Assembly: GCA_040222475.1 (NCBI GenBank)
Contig: JAVKDB010000023.1
Coordinates: forward strand, 41,170 to 105,169
Direction of reading: 5' to 3'
DNA from: Cyclobacteriaceae bacterium
GTDB lineage: Bacteria; Bacteroidota; Bacteroidia; Cytophagales; Cyclobacteriaceae
DNA length: 64,000 nucleotides
Both the position numbers and the translations under genes were made by a program. Below, in pieces: positions 36,308 through 44,173 of this stretch (position 1 is its first letter; each line of letters starts with the position of its first letter). The notes under the pieces were generated by a model. That model had not been told where the DNA came from and made no database searches. It was given only the letters and a program-made list of their open reading frames with translations.

Positions 36308-38623
36308 TTATCTTTTCAAAAAACGTCTGCTAACAACAAAATCCTCTCCACTCAACTCAAGCAGATACATACCTGAATTTAGTTGACTTACATCCATGGT
36401 TCCCTGATAAGTCACAGCTTTGATGACTTTACCCGTAAGCTCCCTTATGGTGATTAATTTAACCTCTCCTCTCAGTTTCAATGGGAGATTGATGTTCAGT
36501 TTATGTGTCGCTGGGTTTGGGTAAAGTTCAAGTGATGACTCTATTTCGTGGACAGCCAGAATAACAAATGGTTCTGATGTAACTGTACAGCTGCCTATAG
36601 TAACATCAACCGTATAGCTGCCTGACTCAGTTGCGGCGAGAATAGTAGAATTTTCACCATCCAGTAAATTTCCTTCGTAAGACCATTGAATGGTTGTTCC
36701 GGCTTCTTCAATAATTGTAAGTTCTCCGTCACTCAAAATTATTTCAGGCAGCATCGGATAATCATTGGCGTACCCTACCACAATAGATTCAGATTTCACT
36801 TCATCTATTTCATTTTTCGTGTATACCTCATATGTTCCTGGAAGCAGCCCTGTCATCACACTCTCGGTTCCGTAAGTGGCACCATCTGTACTGTATTGGA
36901 AATTTCCGACTCGTGAAGTCTGAACAGAAACCTCTCCGTCAGGGGTATCCGGACAGGAAGCATCGGTGATTACCACATCAGTTATTGAAAAAGAAAAACC
37001 TGTTGAGCCAATATCGTAATTATCAATGTAGAGATTATTTCCATATCCATTGATCGCCTTAAATGCTACCTCTGTTACATCCTGATCTAAAGGGATATTG
37101 ATTGTTAAGGTTTCTGTTTTCCAGTCCTCAGGGAGTGGATTAAAAGGTTTTACCTGAGCTGGTCTTGTCTGCAACTCAGAACCAAACTTTTCCCAGACAG
37201 TCACCCATTCTCCACAAGGGTCACGCTGAACAACGGCCAGCCCATCAAAATAGGTATCGTCATATGGTGCATAGGCATAATCAAACGTCAGAACGAAAGT
37301 TTTCTCCACTGAAGAGTTTAATGCACTAAGAACCAGGTAATCCTCCTGGCCTGAAGCTGAGTAATTAAGAAAATCCATAAACATGGATTGATTTCCATCA
37401 CTTGCAACTTCTGTGGTTGTAGTAAAAGTAATACCACCATCTCCGTTTATGATCAACTCTTCTGTTGCAGGCTCTTCAAAACTCCCGTCCTTTTGAGTAA
37501 TAGCAGAGACAACCTCCCCTTTAACAAAAATGTAATCAGTAAGCACTTTGGTGTCAGTTTCTCCATCAGCTACGGTAATCGTCAATGTTACATCATATTC
37601 ACCGGGTGTATGGTAGGTCACAATTGGATCTGAGTCAGTAGAAACAGCGGGTGTGCCTCCTTCAAAGATCCACTCATAGCTTGTCGCTCCTACAGATTTG
37701 TTGGTAAACGCAATCTCCTCACCTTCGCAAATTTCTTTATCTGTTACATCAAAAAGAGCTGTGTAATTACTGCTTAAAAGGTATGTCTTGAACTGTTGAT
37801 ACGCAGTAGCAATTCTGTCTGCCTGACCCTGAGAAAACTCATCCCGACAATGTTTCTGAGAATATGACATCAGGTTTTTAGGATTCGGATCGTAGGTATC
37901 TCCATTCGCATCAACATCAGTTCCAGTGTATACACAAGCGCCGGAAACTTTACCGGAAAGGTTGGGGTCGGCCGCTGTATCACATAAATCGTCACCGGCT
38001 GTTGTGCAATTTGAGCCGTCCACCAGCTCATCTGTTGTACCCGTGTTTGTCTTACCATGTGTATGGTAAAGGGAGAAATAGTGTCCTAACTCATGGGGGA
38101 ATGTACTCCCATTTGTTGTACAGTTATTGACCATTACCAGGTGATCAATGCCGGAAGTCGGAAAATAAGCATACCCGCACAGAGATGATCCATCTGAAAC
38201 GGCCGTATTGAAAAAGTATACGTTGATTGTATTTGGAACGTCATGGGCACTTGTCAATACACCTTCATCGGAGGCGTCAAAATCAAAGTATGCATCATCA
38301 TCAATGTAATTAATATCTCCCAGGAGGAAAAAGGTCATATTGGTCAGCGTATAGATCTGGTTGACATCCTCAATAGCACTGGTAAGCTCCTCTTCAGTCA
38401 GACCCCCGGTTCCGTCAGACCTTCTGAGTATATGGGCAGTGATTGCAATGAATATTGGATCCCCATCCGCCATCCGTCCACGAACAGCAGGGTCAATTTT
38501 GAGAGACTTTAATCCTTCAACATCCTTTTGTGTAGGCAGGGTGCCGCAGGTCAGTTCCTGTGAAAAACCAAAAGTTATGAGTGTAAAAAGCAGTACTGAA
38601 AAAGTTATTATCCTGGTAGCCAT
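36308..38623 (-). CDS. secreted metzincin-like zinc metalloprotease with PKD-like domain and T9SS C-terminal sorting domain
   Basis: 771 aa. Signal peptide. HELGHYFSLYH (HExxHxxxxxH). PKD-like segment (EGEEIAFTNKS...YEWIFEGG...GEYDVTLTI). C-terminus LELYPNPATHKLNINL...GMYLLEL is a type-A T9SS CTD. Confidence 0.8.
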   Translation of the reverse strand: MATRIITFSVLLFTLITFGFSQELTCGTLPTQKDVEGLKSLKIDPAVRGRMADGDPIFIAITAHILRRSDGTGGLTEEELTSAIEDVNQIYTLTNMTFFLLGDINYIDDDAYFDFDASDEGVLTSAHDVPNTINVYFFNTAVSDGSSLCGYAYFPTSGIDHLVMVNNCTTNGSTFPHELGHYFSLYHTHGKTNTGTTDELVDGSNCTTAGDDLCDTAADPNLSGKVSGACVYTGTDVDANGDTYDPNPKNLMSYSQKHCRDEFSQGQADRIATAYQQFKTYLLSSNYTALFDVTDKEICEGEEIAFTNKSVGATSYEWIFEGGTPAVSTDSDPIVTYHTPGEYDVTLTITVADGETDTKVLTDYIFVKGEVVSAITQKDGSFEEPATEELIINGDGGITFTTTTEVASDGNQSMFMDFLNYSASGQEDYLVLSALNSSVEKTFVLTFDYAYAPYDDTYFDGLAVVQRDPCGEWVTVWEKFGSELQTRPAQVKPFNPLPEDWKTETLTINIPLDQDVTEVAFKAINGYGNNLYIDNYDIGSTGFSFSITDVVITDASCPDTPDGEVSVQTSRVGNFQYSTDGATYGTESVMTGLLPGTYEVYTKNEIDEVKSESIVVGYANDYPMLPEIILSDGELTIIEEAGTTIQWSYEGNLLDGENSTILAATESGSYTVDVTIGSCTVTSEPFVILAVHEIESSLELYPNPATHKLNINLPLKLRGEVKLITIRELTGKVIKAVTYQGTMDVSQLNSGMYLLELSGEDFVVSRRFLKR

Positions 38624-39093
38624 CCTACTGTTATGTTTTCAATTTGTAAGTAATCCACCGTCAACCCCTCAAAAACAATCTTCCTTAATGTAAGTGTTGC
38701 TTTGTAAGCTTCGCCTTTCCTGGCTTTCTCAAGTTCCTCTTCACTTAATCGGACGTTTACGGTTCCGGATCCGGAGACTAAGTTAATACTTTCCTCCGGT
38801 CGTTTTGTCCTTAGATCGTTGCAAAGTGAGCTGCTTACATCACCTTCAAATTGCCTCCACGTAACTTCCAGCAGGTCATTGCTGTTTTGAATATTGTAAG
38901 TCTGGCTTCTTTCGAGTTCAATACTACCGGCATTTAGTGCAACAGAAATGTATTGTGTTCCATCTTCTGATAATTTGTATACAATGAAATTTCCACAGCC
39001 AACCTGGTCTCCACTAAACGGATTGATTGCATTTGTTTTCTGAGATACGGTACACGATGTTATTAAAAGGGTGAGTAGAATACAGTTTTTCAT
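38608..39093 (-). CDS. hypothetical lipoprotein
   Basis: 161 aa. Lipobox LLITSC. 16-nt overlap with the protease start. No motif recognised. Confidence 0.6.
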   Translation of the reverse strand: MKNCILLTLLITSCTVSQKTNAINPFSGDQVGCGNFIVYKLSEDGTQYISVALNAGSIELERSQTYNIQNSNDLLEVTWRQFEGDVSSSLCNDLRTKRPEESINLVSGSGTVNVRLSEEELEKARKGEAYKATLTLRKIVFEGLTVDYLQIENITVGWLPG

Positions 39094-39102
39094 TTTATCA
39101 AG

Positions 39103-39927
39103 TTAATTCATTTCGTCCCATATTGGAATTTTTTCCAGATGCACTTCTTTGCCGAAAAAGATTTTCGTCGTTTTCTCAAAGGATTCAGTAAAATCAGATA
39201 CGAGAAATTCATCTTTCTCTGCAGCACTTTCTGCAATCAACTGATTGAATTCCAGGTATCCTTTAAGTGCCCCGGCAACCTTCTCTGCTGAATCAATCAC
39301 TTCCACTTTTCTGGATTCATTCGAATAATATTGACTGATTTCAGATTTGATGATCGGATAGTGCGTACAGCCCAGGATCAAAGCATCAATTTCAGAAATT
39401 GAATCATCGCTCAAATAGGTTTTGATAATCTCTTCACTCACATGATTACCACTAAATCCCTCCTCTATCATTGGAACAAGTAACGGGGTTGCCACTGCAT
39501 TAAAAACATTATTCTGCTGCAGTTCCCTGATCATCTTCTCATAAACAAGTGAAGAAACGGTCTGTTTTGTTCCAATGAGTCCGATCCTGCTATTTAGATG
39601 GCGCTCCCTGATAAAATCGATTGTCGGGTTGATCACATCAAGTACATGCGCCTTTTTTCCAACATATTCAGTTACCAGTTCAAAAGCAGCTGATGAGGCA
39701 GAATTGCAGGCAATCAAAATCACTTTACACTTCCTGCGCAACAGCATTTCTGTGATCCTGACAGAATAGGCCTGAATAGCAGCAACAGACTTATCTCCAT
39801 ATGGAAGGTGTGCCGTGTCTCCAAAATAGATGAGCTGCTCATTGGGAAGCAAATTTTTAACAGCTTTCGCAACTGTTAACCCACCGATACCGCTATCAAA
39901 AATCCCGATTGGCTGATTTGATTTCAT
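39103..39927 (-). CDS. murI: glutamate racemase MurI
   Basis: 274 aa. GIFDSGIGGLTV, ACNSAS and LGCTHYP motifs. Confidence 0.92.
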   Translation of the reverse strand: MKSNQPIGIFDSGIGGLTVAKAVKNLLPNEQLIYFGDTAHLPYGDKSVAAIQAYSVRITEMLLRRKCKVILIACNSASSAAFELVTEYVGKKAHVLDVINPTIDFIRERHLNSRIGLIGTKQTVSSLVYEKMIRELQQNNVFNAVATPLLVPMIEEGFSGNHVSEEIIKTYLSDDSISEIDALILGCTHYPIIKSEISQYYSNESRKVEVIDSAEKVAGALKGYLEFNQLIAESAAEKDEFLVSDFTESFEKTTKIFFGKEVHLEKIPIWDEMN

Positions 39928-39933
39928 TATTGC

Positions 39934-39964
39934 AAAAAAATTCCCGGCACATCAAGTACCGGGA
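39934..39964 (-). terminator. terminator-like hairpin plus U7 only 6 nt upstream of the murI ATG
   Basis: Minus strand reads TCCCGGTAC TTGAT GTGCCGGGA A TTTTTTT GCAATA ATG (6 bp, one mismatch, 2 bp stem). Confidence 0.45.
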
Positions 39965-40132
39965 GCAAGCAAAGAGTTAGAAATTTATTTTGTCCAAATG
40001 TAGGTAAACTAATGGTTTTCCACAGTGCAGTCCAGGTAAATTGCATAGATAAAATAGTAGGATAATATCAATATAAAATATAATTATATGGAATTATCAT
40101 TGTATTGTTATTAACCATTAACAATATCAGCT

Positions 40133-40291
40133 ATGAACAAATTATTCAAATTCTTTTCGCAGGACAAAAACAGACTCAGAATTCAAAAATCAGATTCAGG
40201 AAGCTGGATGGTAAAAAAAGGATTCAGCATCCTGTATATCGGCACCAAGGAAAAATGCCAGATTTACATGAATCAGGGTCAGATGGCATAA
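40133..40291 (+). CDS. small protein, family member C (52 aa)
   Basis: MNKLFKFFSQDKNRLRIQKSDSGSWMVKKGFSILYIGTKEKCQIYMNQGQMA. Below the track cutoff; the track shows instead an out-of-frame 77-aa ORF (40105-40338). Core spacing is identical to members A and B. Confidence 0.5.
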   Translation: MNKLFKFFSQDKNRLRIQKSDSGSWMVKKGFSILYIGTKEKCQIYMNQGQMA

Positions 40292-40414
40292 GTCTTTATC
40301 CATTCCGTTTCACTCTCACCTACCCACTTTTGGGGTGAAAATTACCCAAAATGCGGTATGGACTTTGGCAGAAATCGGTTGCAATTTTACATTTTCAACC
40401 AGATACTCACCACT

Positions 40415-40606
40415 ATGCCAAATTTTATAGTAAGTACGACTGCTAAGTCAAATCAGGTGCATGATGAAAATTCCATGTGCAAACACCTGCCCTCTCCGGA
40501 TCACAGAAGAAGCCTTGGCTGGTTTTCCAGCAGCGAAAGTGCTGTCGCAGAAGCGAGGAAAACCTTTTCAGAAGCGGATGCATGTGTCCATTGTGCGAAG
40601 AGATAG
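40415..40606 (+). CDS. small conserved-looking Cys/His protein (63 aa)
   Basis: From the internal ATG: MPNFIVSTTAKSNQVHDENSMCKHLPSPDHRRSLGWFSSSESAVAEARKTFSEADACVHCAKR. The pattern VH-x5-C-x-HLP...R-x-LG-x-F-S...A...A...C-x-x-C resembles a widespread family of short hypothetical proteins (from memory). Confidence 0.5.
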   Translation: MPNFIVSTTAKSNQVHDENSMCKHLPSPDHRRSLGWFSSSESAVAEARKTFSEADACVHCAKR

Positions 40607-40623
40607 GCAGGTAATGCTTCCTG

Positions 40624-41997
40624 TTACTCCGTCATCGCAACGAGCAAATCGCTTTGAGTAATGATGTGCACTTTGTTTGATTCATCCCGGATAAGCAATG
40701 CTTTTTTGTCTTTGCTAATCATCGATGACATAACATCAACCGTTTCATGCGGAGAAACGAACTGAAATGAAGTATCCATGATTTCAGAAACCGGCTGGTC
40801 TCTGAGTTCAGGATTTTCCAGCAGACTTCCAAGAATTTTGCTGTCAGATAAACTTCCGACAAACTCATTCCCGTTGATAACCGGAGCCTGATCAATTCCG
40901 CTTTTATTCATGGAAAGAATGGCTTCTCCAACAGTTTTCGCCTGATCAATGGTCACAAGTTCAGATGTTCCGTTTCTGTGGAGAATAATGTCTTTTGCAG
41001 TCGCAAACTTTCTTTCTTCTAAAAATCCATGATCCTTCATCCAGTTGTCATTGTAGACTTTACCTAAATAGCGAGTGCCATGATCAGGAAGTATAATCAC
41101 CATTACATCGTCTTCCTTCAGGTTTTCTTTTGCATACTCGAGCGCACCAAACACTGCTGAGCCACATGACCATCCAATAAATAGTCCTTCTTCTCGTGCC
41201 AGCTTCCTGGTCATTATTGCCGCGTCCTTATCAGTAACCTTAACGATATAATCAACCAGATCGAAATTCACGTTCTCCGGCAGGATATCTTCACCTATGC
41301 CTTCTGTCAGGTACGGATAGATCTCTTTTTCATCAAAAATTCCGGTCTCTTTGTACTTTTTGAAAACTGAACCATAAGAATCAAGTCCCACGGTGATGAT
41401 ATCAGGGTTCTGCTCTTTCAGGAATTTAGAAGTTCCACTGATGGTTCCTCCTGTGCCCATACCTGCTGCATAATGTGTGATTTTTCCATCCGTATCTTTC
41501 CAGATTTCAGGCCCGGTTGTTTCATAGTGAGAAATGGCATTCGACTTATTGTCGTATTGGTTTGGGTAGAATGAATTTGGAATCTCTTTATTCAACTTCT
41601 TAGCAACTGAATAATATGAGCGGGGATCATCAGACTCTACGTTGGTCGGACAAACGATCACCTCAGCGCCAACTGCACGGAGAATATCAATTTTCTCCTG
41701 ACTTTGCTTATCAGCCAGCGTAAAAATGCACTTATAACCTTTTGCTATTGCAACAAGAGCGAGTCCCATTCCGGTGTTTCCTGAAGTACCTTCGATAATG
41801 GTTCCTCCCGGCTTTAGAAGACCCTCTCTCTCGGCATCTTCGATCATCTTCAATGCAATTCGATCTTTGATGGAATTACCGGGATTGAAATATTCGACTT
41901 TAACCAGAATAGTACCAGGAATCCCTTTGTTTACGCTGTTCAATTTAAGTAACGGGGTATTTCCAATCGCCTCAGTAAGGTTATTTAAATAGTTCAT
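40624..41997 (-). CDS. cystathionine beta-synthase (PLP CysK-like domain plus tandem CBS domains)
   Basis: MNYLNNLTEAIGNTPLLKL...NPGNSIKDR...GTSGNTG..., with two CBS domains at the C-terminus. I prefer ATG 41997 to the TTG at 42012. Confidence 0.88.
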   Translation of the reverse strand: MNYLNNLTEAIGNTPLLKLNSVNKGIPGTILVKVEYFNPGNSIKDRIALKMIEDAEREGLLKPGGTIIEGTSGNTGMGLALVAIAKGYKCIFTLADKQSQEKIDILRAVGAEVIVCPTNVESDDPRSYYSVAKKLNKEIPNSFYPNQYDNKSNAISHYETTGPEIWKDTDGKITHYAAGMGTGGTISGTSKFLKEQNPDIITVGLDSYGSVFKKYKETGIFDEKEIYPYLTEGIGEDILPENVNFDLVDYIVKVTDKDAAIMTRKLAREEGLFIGWSCGSAVFGALEYAKENLKEDDVMVIILPDHGTRYLGKVYNDNWMKDHGFLEERKFATAKDIILHRNGTSELVTIDQAKTVGEAILSMNKSGIDQAPVINGNEFVGSLSDSKILGSLLENPELRDQPVSEIMDTSFQFVSPHETVDVMSSMISKDKKALLIRDESNKVHIITQSDLLVAMTE

Positions 41998-42020
41998 TTT
42001 TAGTATTTTCAATTAAACCG

Positions 42021-42028
42021 CAAAGGTA
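42021..42028 (-). promoter_or_regulatory. -7 box TACCTTTG (putative promoter of the CBS gene)
   Basis: Exact TAnnTTTG match on the minus strand, 23 nt upstream of ATG 41997. Confidence 0.35.
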
Positions 42029-42112
42029 TTAAAAGGAATTACTAAATCCTTTTCTTACAAATCAATCATGCTGAACCGGGAAGAAAAAAACAGACTGTTG
42101 TGAATGTGTATT

Positions 42113-42143
42113 AAAAAAAGAAAGGCCATCCCGAAGGATGGCC
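42113..42143 (-). terminator. strong rho-independent terminator (UUCG tetraloop)
   Basis: Minus strand reads GGCCATCC TTCG GGATGGCC TTTCTTTTTTT. Lies 160 nt downstream of the TPR lipoprotein stop. Confidence 0.8.
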
Positions 42144-42304
42144 AGTCACCACTAATTAACCATAGCCACTCTATGGATTCTTAAATATTTTATGTGTGGA
42201 ATACTTTGTCATTGTCTTATGAGACAAAAATGTAACAGAATCATTTTCTACAATGATTATCAGTGTATACAATCGGTATACACCTATCCTGATACTGCCT
42301 TTTT

Positions 42305-44053
42305 TTATCTGATTCCACAAAAGTTTCCTGCCAGAAAGATCAAATCAGCAGGACTGTCAGGCTTTACATTGATAGCCAGGTTCTGCCTTTTTGCCTGGTC
42401 AATTCTTGAATATTTCAATTCAGAGTCAGCATATTTCCATGCATCTTCAAACATTTCCAGGTATTTATCTGCTTCCTCAGACTTGTTCTGTGCTTTTAAG
42501 CTTTGATACAGGCCATTGAGTGCGAATCCATTTTTAGGAAAAATGCTCAGGTCCCTGCGATAAACCTCTTCTGCTTTACTGAATTCATTTTGACTCATGT
42601 AAAGATTTCCAAGCCAGTGTCTGACAGAAAAGAACCAGTCAGGTGGTTCATTGAACGAAAGCCCGTCTTCGATTACTACTGCATCCAACAAGAGTTGTTC
42701 GGCAGCATCCAGGTTCCCCTCTTTATGAGCAATCTCGGCCGCCAGTACATTCGTTGCGATATCCGCTACTTCCTGGACGGAGTTGATTCCAAAGATTAGT
42801 ATTTCTTCCAATTCTCCAGACTGTTGAACTTCGACAAGCCTGGCAAGCTCATCATTTGCATTTTTGGTTTGTCCAAGATTGGCAAATGCCATTCCTCTTG
42901 CAAATGCCCACATGCCCGTGAGGTACGGGTAACCTGAGTCCGGAGCTTTTAGTGTGAGAATCTTTTCCCACTGCTCAAACTTCACCAGTACATTATAAGG
43001 AATGGTCATAAAATGTTGAGTGGTTTCAAAACCAGGAGTTGAGAGCAATGACTTATCTATGGTCTGTACCATTCTGAATGATGCCTCAATCGCCAGACTA
43101 CCCCGCCCTTCAAGGGCTGCACAAGCTGCCAGAAAATGATAGTTATGATAATAATATAAAGGAAACGAACCCTGTGCTTTGCATTGAGCTGCATAACTGC
43201 TGTCTGCTGTAACAGCCAGCAGATTCACTTCTGTACCTAAGTGATAATCTCCGGTATTTATATAAGTATGAGATGGCATATGAACAAGATGTCCCGCACC
43301 GGGTGCTATATCTTTCAATCTTTTAGCGACAGCAAGTGCTGCTTCCGGCTCAGGAGAAGCTTCAGTCGCATGAATAAAAAGGTGGTTTGCCAGTGGATGA
43401 TCAGGATCAATGTCAAGTGCGCGCTTAAGTGTCATCAAAATTTCAGGAGTCCATTCCTTTAATGGACCTCCTTTATATTCATATAAATCCCAGGGATGCT
43501 CTAACAATAGCGCTTCTGCAAAGAATGCCTGAATATTGGCATCCTCTTTTAGGGTTTTGGCTGAATTTCTTAAAGAAGCTGAATGAGCTTCAAGTTGAGG
43601 TTCATCCTTTCCCGGAACATATTTAACCTTCATTGCATCTATCAACGCAATTTCCCATGGAAGAAAGGCTGTATTCTGTACTGCTTTTTCAACAGCCCAG
43701 AATACCTCCTCTCTTACCGCAGACTCCATAGCTGCGTTGTAGTTTGGCCCCAAGGTATAGGATAGTCCCCAATAAGCCATTGCGAATGTACTGTCCAGTC
43801 TTATTGCCTCACGGAATGACCTAGCAGCCTCCCCATGGTTAAAGTTGTAGGTCAAAAGAAGACCCTGAACGAAAAACCTGTTGGCATCTTTCGACTTAGT
43901 TGAGGTTTCCACATGATAGTTCCCAAGATTATTAAATAGTGGTGCCTGAAATTTTTGCTGTTGCCTGCTACAGGAAACAATTGCTGTTAGGGCGATGACG
44001 ACTCCTGCCAGAACAATCATTCGTTTCGCCCGGGAATCTGCTAACTCTTTCAT
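42305..44053 (-). CDS. TPR-repeat lipoprotein
   Basis: From ATG 44053: MKELADSRAKRMIVLAGVVIALTAIVSC (lipobox), followed by TPR-like helical repeats (FNHGEAARSFREAIRLDSTFAMAYWGLS...). The track start at 44083 is a TTG. Confidence 0.75.
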   Translation of the reverse strand: MKELADSRAKRMIVLAGVVIALTAIVSCSRQQQKFQAPLFNNLGNYHVETSTKSKDANRFFVQGLLLTYNFNHGEAARSFREAIRLDSTFAMAYWGLSYTLGPNYNAAMESAVREEVFWAVEKAVQNTAFLPWEIALIDAMKVKYVPGKDEPQLEAHSASLRNSAKTLKEDANIQAFFAEALLLEHPWDLYEYKGGPLKEWTPEILMTLKRALDIDPDHPLANHLFIHATEASPEPEAALAVAKRLKDIAPGAGHLVHMPSHTYINTGDYHLGTEVNLLAVTADSSYAAQCKAQGSFPLYYYHNYHFLAACAALEGRGSLAIEASFRMVQTIDKSLLSTPGFETTQHFMTIPYNVLVKFEQWEKILTLKAPDSGYPYLTGMWAFARGMAFANLGQTKNANDELARLVEVQQSGELEEILIFGINSVQEVADIATNVLAAEIAHKEGNLDAAEQLLLDAVVIEDGLSFNEPPDWFFSVRHWLGNLYMSQNEFSKAEEVYRRDLSIFPKNGFALNGLYQSLKAQNKSEEADKYLEMFEDAWKYADSELKYSRIDQAKRQNLAINVKPDSPADLIFLAGNFCGIR

Positions 44054-44173
44054 TTTTATTTTGTGTGTTTTGTGACACTGCAAAATTTGAAAGGCCGGTC
44101 TTGATAAGCATTAGAGTTCGATAGACATAAGGTTGACCAATCCTCAGGTCTGCGTGTACATTAAGTAAACATC

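Noticed and set aside
40105-40338. 77-aa plus-strand ORF from the track.
   Set aside because: It has no features, whereas the overlapping 52-aa frame (40133-40291) aligns with two paralogs elsewhere in the window.
42013-42112. SAM or other riboswitch in the leader of the cystathionine beta-synthase gene.
   Set aside because: The candidate -7 box sits only 23 nt from the ATG, leaving no room for an aptamer, and I recognise no conserved riboswitch core sequences.
42192-42506. 104-aa plus-strand ORF spanning the TPR-lipoprotein 3' end and its downstream region.
   Set aside because: It is antisense to a supported gene and crosses the hairpin-rich untranslated tail, and its composition is not protein-like.
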